Assembly (NCBI RefSeq): GCF_006345805.1
Contig: NC_043003.1
Span: 83,576,001 to 83,640,000 of the forward strand
Direction of reading: 5' to 3'
DNA: 64,000 nucleotides
From: Octopus sinensis
Taxonomy: Eukaryota
The stretch's first letter is position 1. Each line of letters opens with the position of its first letter. The notes below the pieces were generated by a model. It was given only the letters and a program-made list of their open reading frames with translations, had not been told where the DNA came from and searched no databases. Below, piece by piece: positions 50,931-64,000 of this stretch. A program made the translations under genes and the position numbers.

Positions 50931-52668
50931 CTGTTAATAAGAGAAAGAATAATAAATAGAAAGGAATAATTAAATGCCCAATGCTAGAGTAATCTTCTTG
51001 TAATATACTATCTGTGTTTTTCCTTGCATAGTGCCTCTCATTGTTAGAGGATTTCATTCAGGTGGATTTGGCTCTACAATAAATATGTCAAAAGCCAAAA
51101 TACAAGCATAACATCACAAAAAAATAGGTGTATATCTTTTGCTGGCAGAGCAAAATCAAAGTGATGTCCCTTTTTTTTTTTTCTTTTCTCCTTGTTGGGT
51201 TGGGAGGATGGACCAATGCCTATGGCCTTCATAGCCCTCCAAGACAAGCAAAATTGATGCCATTAATGTTTCCCTGAAAACTTCAACAACTTAAAAAAGA
51301 AACAGAACAGAGAAGGAATTCCAGAATCAACATCTTGCAAAGACAGGACAGACTACAGAGAGCAGTGCAAGGCTTGGGGTAGAGAGGGGAGAGGCTGAAC
51401 ACAACAAAAGTGATGGTGGGAGGAGGAGTAGATAAGTACATCAAGAATTCCTGAGTAGAGATGGCATGAGCCCAGCCAGCTCTAAGGAGTAGCGGTCATT
51501 ATAGTAGTTGTAGAAAATCAGAGAAAAAGACTGCACACCATGGATCAGGGGCAGGAGCATGTGTGAATGATTATATACCAATCAGTTGGGTGGCCCTTTT
51601 CTAGACACAGTTTAAAATGTCTTTATGTACAGTACCAGCAATGTCCCTGATGTGTCAGTGATATTCCATTGTGGGCCACACTGAGCTATCAATAATTGTT
51701 GAACAATCTCCTGGTCCTTAAGAGAAAAACCAGTCATTGGGATGCTGTCCTTACTATATTAAGGACATGTTGTGGCCAGGAGAGATTCTCAGTGATACTG
51801 GGATCTCTGACAAAGTGCTGTGTATGACTAAGAAGGGGTGTGGTGTGATGATGTTCTCTTGATATGAGAAGCATTTATGCTTCTTTTTTCCTTTCTTTTT
51901 TTCTATTGAAAGAAACAAAATTGGCATATCTCTTTTCTGATTATGCTTAGAATGTAATACCTTTATTAGATGGCTAACCAACCCACACCATTCTAACTCC
52001 CAACAACCCCACCTGATTAATCCATGAACAAAAGTACAAAAGTGCTTTATGTTGCTTAGGCTATGTGATATACAGAACCTGATTTTAAAATACAGTATAA
52101 TAATACATAATTATATCTGACAACGATTCCTTGTGTTCCACAAATGAGTGTATTGAAAATATGTCAAACAAATCAAAGCATATATTCAGAAAAGTTATGA
52201 AGAGGTAATTATTATAATAATTATAAGAGCTAATCGTATGATTCCTGAAACAGCGACAATGTCATGTGAAACAAATGTCTAAATGGAAAAGGTAAAAAAA
52301 AGGTCTTACAACAACAAGGCTATGGAGGGGCAACAGTTAATTAAACCAACCCAGGCACTTAAATGGTGAATATTATATCGACACTAGAAAGACGAAAGGC
52401 AAAGTTTATCTGAGTAGAATTTGAATGTAAAATATAAAGGGATACAAAGCATAGCATTTTGTCCCTCACTTTATGATTTTCACTACCCATAATAATAATT
52501 TCTTCCCTTCTGACTTTCTTTTTTTTTTCTTCTTTTTTCTTTGTACCCCAGCACACTAGCATAAGTCCACAAATAAGGTGTAGAAAACAATCACTTATGT
52601 CATGTGAACTCCAATACTCTTCATTTTTACATATTTTCTCATACTAACATAGGTTAAATGCATTAGAT

Positions 52669-52911
52669 CAGTGGTTATCAACTAAGATCTATATGGGGTC
52701 CATATAAGAGTTTGCTGCTAAAATTTATGTAAAGTGGTTATACTTCACCAATACACTAAATATTTTAACAATTATTTTTATATAATTCCTAATAATATTT
52801 AATTATAAAAGTATAATAGGATTTTTTAAACATCAACTGGCTATAGGGATCCACTTGAGGAAAATAGGTATCAAAGGGGGTCTATACGGAAAAAATAATT
52901 GAGGATCCTTG
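52669..52911. mobile_element. hAT-type MITE
   Basis: Ends cagtggttatcaac / attgaggatccttg, with TSD-like cattagat / catta(a)gat. Confidence 0.5.
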
Positions 52912-53389
52912 CATTAAGATGAATATACATTAATGAGACATTCGTTTACAGCAGAATGTCTGTTACCAACTCTTATCCATTCTTCTGGTAAGGATCACTT
53001 ATTCCATAAGCCAGCAAATAATTTCTTGACAGAGAAATGAAAATATTAAGATTTGAAGCTCAGTGATTTTTCGAAGATGTGTAAACATAAACATTCACAC
53101 AGACATGCATGTGTACACATACACACACACATGTATACATACGTATATAAAAAGATATGGTGGGCATTGTGCAGTTGCTGTCCACCAAATCCACTTGCAA
53201 GGCACTGGCTTATTTAAATGACATGAAAAAGATAAGTAGAGTTAGCCATGACGGAATTTGAACTCAGAACTTAAAAAAGACTATCAGTAAATTTCACACA
53301 GTATTTTTGTCTATATTGCTATTGATTCTGCCAAGACCTCATCCTTTTGTAATAGCGAAGACCAATTGAGGTAAGTGTAAACAAGTCAA

Positions 53390-53878
53390 AATTGCTGACA
53401 TGGTCGATGACAGTACCGCCTGATTGGCATTCGTGCCAGTGGAACGTTAAAAGCATATCCAAGCACAATCGTTGGCAGGGCCATGGATTGGCTCCCATTC
53501 CAGTGACATGTGGAAAGCACCATTCAAGCGTGGTCATTGCCAGTGTCGCCTTACTGGCACATGCCATTAGCGTGTGAAAAACAACATTCGAGCATGGTTG
53601 TTGCCAGTGCCACCGGATTGGCTCCCATGCAGGTAGCACGTAAAAACACCTTTTGAGCATAGTCATTGACAGAACCACCTGACTGGCCCTCGTGCCAGTG
53701 GTATGTAAAAAGCACCCACTACACTCTTGGAGTGGTTGGCGTTGGGAAGGGCATCCAACTGTAGAAACATTGCCAGATCAGATTGAACCTGGTGCAGCCT
53801 CTGGCTCACCAGTCCTCAGTCAAACCATCCAACCCATGCCAGCATGGAAAGTAGACGTTAAACAATAATGATGATGAT
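53390..53878 (+). mobile_element. Diverged RTE 3' UTR with ~65-bp tandem units and GAT tail
   Basis: About five units followed by ccactacactc...gttaaacaataatgatgatgat. Confidence 0.8.
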
Positions 53879-55576
53879 AACATAAAATTTGTACACAATA
53901 AAATTGGTTTGTATGTTTTACACTTCACATACAAACAAGATGACATAGCATTTTATACCACACTCTATCAACTCAACCCACCAACCTACTCCATAAAAAT
54001 TTTTAAATTAACCCATGAGAGGTGCCTACAGACATACAAGAATTTCGAGGTCATTCTATTCATTGATTAACAATAATTTTACCTAAAGGCTTTTTATGTT
54101 TGAACCACCAGTTTAATAATGAAAGATTATTTTCTTAAAGAGCTATTGCGTGCAGGTGGTGGAGGTGTGTGTGGGTGGTGGGTGTATGGGTGTGGTGTAT
54201 AATGTGTTTTACATGCGCTTCCCAATACATTTCTGGGTTCGGTCCCATTGTGTGGAACCTTGAGTAAACGTCTCCTATTATAGCCTTGGGCTGACAAAAG
54301 CCTTGTAAGTGGATTTGGTAGATGGAAACTGAAAGAATCCCCTTTGTGCATGTATGTATGTATGTTTGGATATGTGTATGTATGTATAAATATATACATA
54401 CATATACATGTCTTTGTGTCTGTGTTTGTTCCCCATCACTGCATGACAACCAGTGTTGGTTTGTTTATGTTGCTATAACTTAGAATAAGTACCAGGCTTT
54501 AAAAAAAAGAAAAAGAAAAGACTATGGTCAATTCATCACCTATTGTTGGTGTCATTGTTTGACTCAATGCAGATCAAGCAATCATATAATCAAAGGCAGT
54601 CCAGAAAGCTTAACTGTGACACCCCTAACTATAGTCTTACCCTTGCTATAAATAACCTCAAGATATCCCACATAAAAAGTTAACCCAGCAATTATCTTGA
54701 GGCATAATTAGAAATGACTTAATATATAATGTCATCAGAGTTATGAGTCATCTATCAATACACCTTATTGTAATTATTTTTGCCCAATTGATAAAACATC
54801 TTGAGTATTATCATATAAGCCACTGTGGTTAACCGCAGGTCAGCTTTGATCAAGATCTTTTATCAAAGACACTGTAGCTATCACTTCACCACCTTTTATT
54901 GGGACATGCATTTGGGATTGCAAGATCTCATTTGATAGTGATTTGGTTACTATTTCCAGTAAATCAAATAACCACACAGTGGTTCTCTCACTTTCATAAG
55001 TGCAGGAATGAAATTTGCTTAGAGGGTGCAAAACTTAAATCTAAATTTATTTTTTTTTTACAAGCAAGGTCAATATTTTTACAATCTCAATATCAAAATA
55101 AACACAAGTATAATAATAGTAATTATTATTATATTTGTACATCAAACAAATCAGATAAACACAATAATAGAAAAGTGATGTTTGAGATCAACGCAAAAAT
55201 GTTTCTATGCTTGTTCATTTTGGCAATGAAGCTTTTCAGGACGCTGTTCAAGGCATTTTCATTGCCTCCACCACAAAAATTTTAGGGGGTGCACTTGCAC
55301 TCCCTGCATCCCCTGTTCCTGATTCTACAATCATTTTAAATACACAGCTGCAATGGATCAATATAGTAGAGATTTATAAGCACTGTATCATTGATCGTTC
55401 TCACTGCAGTTGTTAAAACATTAGCTAATGATACAGGAGTCAGCAGATATCCATATATCATTAGCTTATGATAATGATGACATTTTTTGAGATTTATAAA
55501 ACTAAAAACACAAATTTTGTTGATTATATGTAATTTGATGCAGTGAGTTGATAGATTATATATATATATATGTATA

Positions 55577-55972
55577 GGCGCAGGAGTGGCTGTGTGGTAA
55601 GTAGCTTGCTTACCAACCACATGGTTCCGGGTTCCATCCCACTGTGTGGCATCTTGGGCAAGTGTCTTCTGCTATAGCCTCGGGCCGACCAATGCCTTGT
55701 GAGTGGATTTGGTAGATGGAAACTGAAAGATGCCTATCGTATATATGTATGTGTGTGTGTGTGTGTGTTTGTGTGTCTGTGTTTGTCCCCCTAGCATTGC
55801 TTGACAACCGGTGCCGGTGTGTTTTCGTCCCCGTCACTTAGAGGTTCGGCAAAAGAGACCGATAGAATAAGAAGTACTGGGCTTACAAAGAATAAGTCCC
55901 GGGGTCGATTTGCTCGACTAAAGGCGGTGCTCCAGCATGGCCACTATCAAATGACTGAAACAAGTAAAAGAG

Positions 55973-55975
<3 letters not shown>
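55577..55975 (+). mobile_element. SINE family A copy in (TA)n
   Basis: Matches the 18835 copy. Confidence 0.88.
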
Positions 55976-56011
<36 letters not shown>

Positions 56012-56524
56012 TATATATGTTACTTCTAATTTGTAATGGTTTTACTAAGTCACAAGTATTTAATATACACACAACTTAGTCTTCTGTTCTATTAACATCT
56101 TAGATGTATTTTAGAAATCAGCCTATCTGACCAGTGCTTTATTGTATTAACCATGTAAAGGTAAAAGGCAAGTTGGTTTTAGCAGGGTTTGAGCTCAGGA
56201 CAAACAGTTTCGTTCTGTCTGACACTCAAATGATTCACCCATTTCACCGCATAGCATTTTGAGAAAATGTAAATTCATAAATAATGAAAGAATTTTGGTG
56301 TGCTTTCATGAATTTACATTTCATTTTACATTTTGACAAAGCAGTAATTTAAATAGCAATAAATTTGACCATAAGCCTCCGAGCCATCTGGCTGTTCTGA
56401 ATTTAATTATTTTGTGCAAGAGCACAGCATTATTTTCTGCCTACACAGCTTTCGGAATCAATGTGTATGCATCAGCATAAGCAGCATAGATACTAAAATG
56501 GAAAACCTAAATCTGAGAATAATA

Positions 56525-58215
56525 TCATTATCGTTTAATGTCCGTTTTCCATGCTGGCATTGGTTGGACAGTTTGACTGAGGTCTGGAAAGCCAGCGGCT
56601 GCACCAGGCTCCAATCTGATCTGGCAATGTTTTTACAGCTTGTTGCCCTTCCTAACGCTAACCACTCTAAGAGTGTAGTGGGTGCCTTTTACATGCCACT
56701 TGCACAAGAGCCAGCCTGGCATTGAGCCAGTCAGGTGGGCACGAGCCACAACTACAATTTTGGTTTTACTTGACTCAACAGGTCTTCTCTAGCATATCAT
56801 ATTGCCCAATGCATCAAGGGTACTTTTAAATGGGCCGAACATGGTTGCAATCTCACTTTAGTTGCCAGGTCTTCTCAATCACAGCATATCTTCAAAGGTC
56901 TCAGTCTCCTGTCACTGCCTCTGTGAGGCCCCCAACACTCAAAACATCATCCTTCACCACCTCATCCCAGTGCTTTTTACATGCCACTGGCACAGGAGCC
57001 AGTCAGAGAGGACTGGCATCAGCCACGTTCAGATGGTGCTTTTTATGTGCCACCAGTACAGGAACCAGTCAGGCAGCCCTGGCATCGATCACGTTCATGT
57101 AGTGTTTTTTACGTGCCACCAGAATGGGAGCCAGTCAGGGGGCACTGGCCACAGCTACGATTTTGGTTTTACTTGACTCAACAGGTCTTCTCAAGCATAT
57201 CATATCGCCCGATGTATCAAGGGTAATTTTAAATGGGCCGGATATGCAACACTGGCATCGGCCATGGTTGCGATCTCACTCTAGTTGCCGGGTCTTCTCA
57301 ATCACAGTATATCGCCAAAGGTCTCGGTTTCCTGTCATTGCCTGTGAGGCCCAACATTCGAAGGTCATTCTTCACCACCTCATTCCATGTCTTCCTGGGT
57401 CTACCCCTTCCATTGGTTCCTTCCACAATTAGGGTGTGGCACTTCCTCACACAGCTGTCCTCATCCATACATAACACATAACAATACCAGTAGTCATCTC
57501 TCTTGCACACCACATTTGATGCTTCTTATGTCAGCTTTTCTCTCGGGGTACTCACACTCTGTCATGTATACACACTGACATAACACATCCAGTGGATCAT
57601 ACTAGCTTCGTTTCTTTCAAGCCTATGCATGTCCTCAGCAGTCATGAATCCTGTTTCACTGCTGTGTAGCATGACAGTTCGCACACATGCATCATACAGT
57701 TTACCTTTCATCTTGAGCAAGAGGCCCTTAGTTACCAGCAGAGGTAGGAGCCCCCTGAACTTTGCCTGGGCAATTCTTATTCTAGCCACTACACTCTCAG
57801 AGCAATCACCCCCACTACAGACTCGGTCACCTAGATAGCGGAATCTGTTTTCTGTACATCTTCAGTGTTTATTGCCCCTCTGCATCTGCCACACACAAAA
57901 ACTATCTTCCCAGTTAACCTTCCTTTGATATTGCTGCACCTTTTATCTGCCCATAGCTTACACCAGGTACATCATATGGAGTTTCTGCCCATGTCTTTTC
58001 TACAGATCAAGCAGGGCCATCTACCCTAAGAAGTTTGCGATTTGTCAGCCTTCCTACTTACTAAGACTTTAGTTTTTGCTAGGTTAACCCTAAGGCCCTT
58101 CGATTCTAGACCTTGCTTCCACACCCTAAACTTCGTCTCTAGTTCTGACAGTGACTTAACTATTAGAACAAGGTCATCAGCATAGAGGAGCTCACAGGGG
58201 CAGCCTGTCTTGAAT
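56525..58215 (-). mobile_element. Degenerate 5'-truncated RTE LINE
   Basis: Begins at EFKTGCP.ELLYADDL, includes a decayed PHD insert and the RGRPRKTW end. The ORF-end/UTR segment is duplicated (56740-56970 vs 57150-57390). Confidence 0.88.
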
Positions 58216-58529
58216 TATATACTATAAAAGTGCCCAAAGTTTTCATTGCAGATGTATAACCTGATTACTGACATGATTATTCTGATTGAGTGTGTATATA
58301 ATATTTACAAATATTTATGCTCTAGATTTAAAATGAGATAATTAAACCAGTCTACATATTAAAGTACAAGCCTAGTCTTAACTGTCAATGCGAAAATATC
58401 AGTGTCTGTAACAATAAAATCCTATTATAGCTAGAAATACAGATTTAATACTAATTCAATATTCTAATTTTGCTCAAGGAGAAGCGATTTATACAAAACC
58501 CACATTGTTTTTGTTACTACATAACTCTC

Positions 58530-59095
58530 TCCCTCTCTCTGGCCAGGTAACCATGTATCTCCTCTATAGCAAGACACCCGTTTCTGCCTCTCTGTTTCTG
58601 TCACATTCTAACCTTTCATCACCTGACACAAGATCTCCTCCTCCAATACCCCCTCCTCTATAGAAAGATACCTGTCTCTACCTCTCTGTCACACTCTAAC
58701 CTTTCATTATCTGACACAAGATCTCTTCCAATGTCACCTCTCCTCTCAAAATTCTTTATCTTGTTAATTACTTGGTGACTCTGCTGGTGCTACATGGAAA
58801 GCATCCGGTCCACACTGTAAAGTGGTTGGCATTTGGAAGGGCATCCAGCTGTAAAAACCATGCTAAAACTGACCTTGCTCGTGCTGGTGCCATGTAAAAG
58901 CCACTCAGTCCACTCTGCAGAGTGGTTGGTATTAGGAAGGGCATCCAGTTGTAAAAGCTCTGCCAAAACACACAGTTGCCTGGGGTAGTCTTCTACCTGA
59001 CTGGCCCCTATTAAACAATCCAACCCATGCTTGCATGGCAGGCAGGCGTTAAATGATAGTGATGATGATGATGACAATGACAGTGATAACGATGA
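58530..59095 (+). mobile_element. Non-autonomous element with pyrimidine-rich tandem 5' part and RTE-type 3' tail
   Basis: Repeated ctgtcacactctaacctttcat units, also seen at 35820-35885 and 36290-36500, followed by a duplicated RTE UTR and GAT tail. Confidence 0.6.
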
Positions 59096-62000
59096 CTACA
59101 GTAAAGGTCCAAGGGCCTATTGGTAAGGGTATTGTTCTCACGATCACAAACTAAATCCCTAGATTGAGTAACATATCTCGAATAAAGCACATAATTCTCT
59201 GTTGTTCAAATTCACTCTGCTGAAAATGATTATCAATGCATTCCTCTCCCCTTCTAGCTGTAAATGCTCTATTTAACCAAGGGCAGGACAGCCCATGAAA
59301 GTGTCAAAGAAATCAGTGAAAGCATCGTACAAGCTATTGGCTCATAGTCATCTGTACATGACACCTGAGCTATAAGCTTTTCCACGTCATTACACAATTA
59401 TAAATCCAGAACCACAAAAGTTTTGTTATTTGTTGTCTCTACTAAACAATACCAACAAAAAGTACTTTTATTCTATCTTCCACAATCTTTTCAATTCTTT
59501 CATTGTGTGTGATCTTAATCCCTAAACACTGCAAACTAGCAAGGGATACAATAAAACTAGATTTCTAAATGTAGATCAAATATTTGAGAAGCATTTACCT
59601 ATTTGGAATTTTGCTTACCTAACTTTGAAAAGCAAAATTTCAGTGTAACAAAGCAACATTCAACTGACAAATTCAGGCAATTTTTACAGTATTCAAATAG
59701 ACATCATAAAAATGTGAGCATAATGGTTTCGGTTTCATTTCAGTTATGATCAGATGGCAAGGAGGAGGTTTTGGTGGTGGTGGTGGTGGAGGAGGAGGAG
59801 GAGGCCATTTAGTCCTGCATCAGTCCCAGTCAAGCGACATGATTCTGAATATAACAAACTGAGGCAGGAAGAACAGAGCTATTAAAGCATGAAATGAAAT
59901 GAAATGCATCACAGCATTTATTCTGGCATCTTTTGCTCTGAATTCTAATCCCAACAAGGTCAACTTTGCTTCCTGCAATTTGTTTCACCTTTTTACAATC
60001 TGAGCTCAAATCCCACTATGGCCTCCTCAAGTGGTAGTCTTAATCCATTACCCAATTTAACGCAACCACCTAGCACCTCGGGCACCCTTTAGCAGAGTCC
60101 ACTCTGTTGCAAGCATTCAGGCCAGCTCTCTCTCTTTTTTATCCTTTCTCCTGCCAGTCTTGGAGGCCATGTAAAGGATCACAGGTACTGGTCTTCCTTC
60201 CTAACTAAAAGATGAATAGAAAAAGAAACTGACTACATGCAGCTACCACAAACATCCAATACAGAGATTCTAAATCGCAATTTCAACAAGGACGTATATA
60301 TATGAGAAGCAGAAAACTGATCCGAAATCTGTCCACCTCGATGTTTATGTCATCTGGGGAAGGGCTCTGGTATGACTGCATTGTGAATAAGTTTTCCCTG
60401 TGGTTCAATAATGTGCATGACCAAACTAACAAAGATACCTTTTTGAGCAAAAAGCTGTCGAAAGGAATTAATTTTTATTTTACCAACTGATCAAAACAAT
60501 TAAAACTCCACTATGACTGATTGTGTGATGACATTAGTTGGTCAACTAAGGTTTCGTTTTGATCTGTTTTTTTTTTCTCAGTTGAATATTTGTAAAAGAA
60601 GTAATACTTACAAAGAATTGGAAGCTTTTGAGAGAGTTCCATAAGAAACTGCAATATTAAAAAGAAACATAGATGAATTTATTAAATTACTACATGGGAA
60701 CATAAATACAATTTTATACATGTTAGAATTCTGATTTAAAAATGAACTTGTATATGTCGGACCAAATAGAATATTTTTCCAGGTGACTGAATATCACTTT
60801 CAAATACACTGTGTGATAGGAATTTTGTCCTTGGGTAGCAACTGTTATTTCTTATTTGCTTACCCCTAGAAAATATGAAAAATGGGTAATATTTCCTTTA
60901 AACATTGCTTTTGTTACATTTATTCAAACCCCAAAAATCCCTCTCAACTCATGACTGATGCTCCCCCACTATTCCTGCTCACCATCAGAGATGCACATAT
61001 TGTTAGTCACTAAGGGACATGCTCAAGTGGTTAAAGTCAAGCAACTTACAAGCAAATTTGTGGTACTTTGTGGTCTTTTATTTGTTTCAATTATTTGACT
61101 GCGGCCATGCTGGAGCAGAATAAACAGTATATAAACTGGCAAGAGGCAACAGGAAACCACCATTCTATCTTACCCAAGAAATATTTGCTATTAGCAACTC
61201 AGCCTTGAATCTGACTTAAATGTAATGGAAAATAGGTCAGTTTCAAAGTATTGATATCCAGGTCACAAAAGCAATATTTCCTTTGCCTTCTAGAGAGATG
61301 CAATGAGAAAATAGCACTTACTGACCAAAGACAAGAAAAAGTAAAAAATTTTTTACAGTATTATAGAAAGATTTGCTACATCATTGAATGAAACAGCACC
61401 ATTTCAATTGATTCAATGACCCTACATGAGATCTCATTCCTCATTTGCTACCCACAACTCTATAACACTGTCACTATCACCACTCAGTCAAATGACAATG
61501 AAAGAAATTAAATTACCCACACATGACATAGCCAAACCTTTCAGACATAGGTTTATATGTCATTCAAGCAAAGATATTTTACTATTCATAACCAATTTCA
61601 TGGTTCAAGTAGGATTTTTTTTTACCAGTACAAGCTTAACCTGGAAAATATATACATTTCTAGCAAGTAACACAAACTGCAAGAAATAGCAGCCAAATTT
61701 CTGCCAAATCACACTTTATCATCTAGAAAAAGGAAGGATGGAAAATGTTGGATAAAATGTTAGATAGGATATATCAAAAAAGAAATAAAAAAAGAAAAGA
61801 CAAGATATTCATGTCTAGAAAATTTGATCTTAGACTAGCTCTATCAGGGTTGACCTGGGGCTGAATAACAACAACATCTCTTCAGAAGAAGTTGACCAAA
61901 ATATGGTCAGGTTTACAGTACAAAAACTAAATAAGGTAGCATTAGAGCAGATATTTACTACTAAACTGCTTCCCCTTTTCAAAACATTTAAACTACATTG

Positions 62001-64000
62001 AATTGTGAAACTCCAGTTCAAAAGTTCAGGAATTTAGGGGAATATGAAGTTACCCCTTGGTCACAACTACTCCTAAGATCTGCTATAGTCTGGAGTGGTA
62101 GTAGCTGTCAGGGGCTCAGTTATGGGTCACATAGCAGAAGATGGTCCTGTGGCTAAGGCATACAAGATTCAGAGGGATGGCCCCTAACTAAGTGTCACAT
62201 GGGCTCACCAGTGTGTGGACATATCCTAATGTCACATGAACTAGTCCCTCCATAAAAGGGCTAAATAGGCCTGGTACTTCAAGAGTAAGCTCAGGTAAAT
62301 TGAAGATTAGCAGAATAAACAGTATATAAACTGGCAGAAGGCAACAGAAAACCACTGCTCTATTTTACCCAAGAAAATTAACAAATCTCCAGGTTTGACA
62401 TCAAGGTCCAGGACTGTTGACACCTGTGGGCATGGCTCATAAACAGAGAAGAATGAACTAAACTGCTCATTTCACAGGTAAATATATTAACCATAGACAC
62501 CAAACAATGTTACAGAGAGCTAATCATATTTCTATATTGCAGTCATCTAAATTATAGGATTTCTAATGACACACACACACACCACACACACAAATACTTA
62601 TTTTCTTTTTAAGCCTTATACATATTCTAACACTCTTTTTGGCAAACCGCTAAGGTACTGGGACATAAACACACCAACACCAGTTGTCAAGCAGTAGTGG
62701 GTGACAAACAGACACAAAGACACACACACACACACACACAAACTAATACTAATATAAAGAATATTTTCAAGATAAAAAGACTTCAGCTGGATTTGAACTC
62801 CTAAATTAAAGAGGTTCTTCTAATCAAGAGATCTAGCTCCTGCTTGTCCAGTTTATGGATGTCTCACAAAGCTGCAGCTGACGATGCTTGTGTATTATCT
62901 TAAAGCCACAATCTATACAAACCAAATTAGAATATATATTAGCTGGTCTGTAGTGAAACCCCTGTGACCACATCTCAGTCAGTTCAAACTGGACTTAGTG
63001 TTCAGCTGTTTCTCGGTAAAGTGCAAGCTCTTTTGACCTTAATTTAGTCAACACTAAATCAGGTTTCATCAATCTTCTGCTCTAGTTTCTGAATTTTAAG
63101 TCACTGAAAGGCCATTTATTTATACACAAAACCTTATGCTTTGGTTTAATTTCTCAAAATGATTTTCCTTGCTGTTACTGAAGGTAGTTTTATATTGTTT
63201 GTGACATATTCCTCGCATTAATTTTCTGTTAATATCCTTTAGGCATTCATTTACGTGTAGTTATGTCTCACTCATAGTAAAATCATGAATATAAAAACTC
63301 TGAGGAAGAAGAGTTAACAGTCTTAATCAACTGAATGCCTTAGTAAAAATTACAAAAAGTTAACTATCTTTTACTAGTTTTAGTCAATGGACTGAGGCCA
63401 TGCTGGGGCACTGTCATGAAGTGGTTAATCAAACAAAGTGGCCCCACTACACATGTTTTTTTTTCCCCAAAGTTTGTCACCTGTTCTACTGATCTCAAAA
63501 TTACTGACCATAAACTTAAATCTCGGTTAAAAGGACAGTATGTGAAAAACATTTTATCACAATGATAGTTATTATTTTGATATCTATTTTCCCAACTTCA
63601 AAAATGTATGAACAAATCATTCATTGTCTGCTTACAGAATATTATGGCAGTTGTTAGACTGGTTTGTAATCACAATCAAAAGAAATTTTGAAAAAAGAAA
63701 GTTCTAAAATTACTTTTAAAAGCAATGAAAGTGAAATACAACCATCAATAAAGAGAAGTTATTATGCATCGGCAGAGATAAAAATCGGCAAAAATGAAAT
63801 GAAATGAAATAATAATCTTTTCTACCGTGGGCACAAAGCTTGAAATTTTGGAGAAATAGGCTAATTGATAACACTGATCCCAATACTCAACAGGTAAATC
63901 GGCCTAGAAAAGTTGAAAGTCAAAGTTGACTTCATTGGAAATTGAACTCAGAATGTAAAGACAGATGAAAGGCTGCTAAGCATTTTGTCCAGCCTGTTAA

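Noticed and set aside
54641-61375. Candidate upstream membrane-anchor exons (54641-54695 IIAGLTFYVGYLEVIYSK; 59619-59663; 61322-61375 KNFLLFLVFG)
   Set aside because: Each has a decent donor but a weak acceptor, the wrong phase or too short a hydrophobic stretch. I cannot choose among them without transcript data.
63062-63100. Minus-strand LKIQKLEQKIDET resembling the UXS1 stem
   Set aside because: It is bounded by in-frame TGA on both sides with no usable donor. The 50856-50930 exon fits better.

Overview
AT-rich, repeat-dense eukaryotic DNA. The SINE and RTE repertoire and the 5S sequence look cephalopod, probably Octopus; this is inference, not a database result. The window is mostly one minus-strand host gene, UDP-glucuronate decarboxylase 1 / UDP-xylose synthase (UXS1). 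I resolved ten phase-compatible GT-AG exons from 50930 down to the stop at 10887. The N-terminal membrane-anchor exon(s) were not found and may lie beyond 64000. The introns hold RTE-clade LINEs (one with an uninterrupted 5'-truncated ORF), a CR1-group LINE ORF2, at least three tRNA-derived SINE families, piggyBac- and hAT-type MITEs, a mariner relic, a non-autonomous Helitron and many microsatellites; a Buster-type hAT relic lies outside the gene near the window start. Most ORF-track entries are artefacts of these repeats. The most notable observations are: (1) an antisense 5S rRNA fused to an RTE 3' end inside one 12-bp target-site duplication; (2) a PHD-type zinc finger inserted inside the RTE reverse transcriptase; (3) candidate microexons and poison exons in the 27.9-kb stem/catalytic intron of UXS1; (4) a roughly 2.4-kb reiterated RTE 3' UTR; (5) a 36-nt repeat that stays in frame for 60 codons after the UXS1 double stop. 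All calls were made by eye and need alignment or RNA-seq confirmation.
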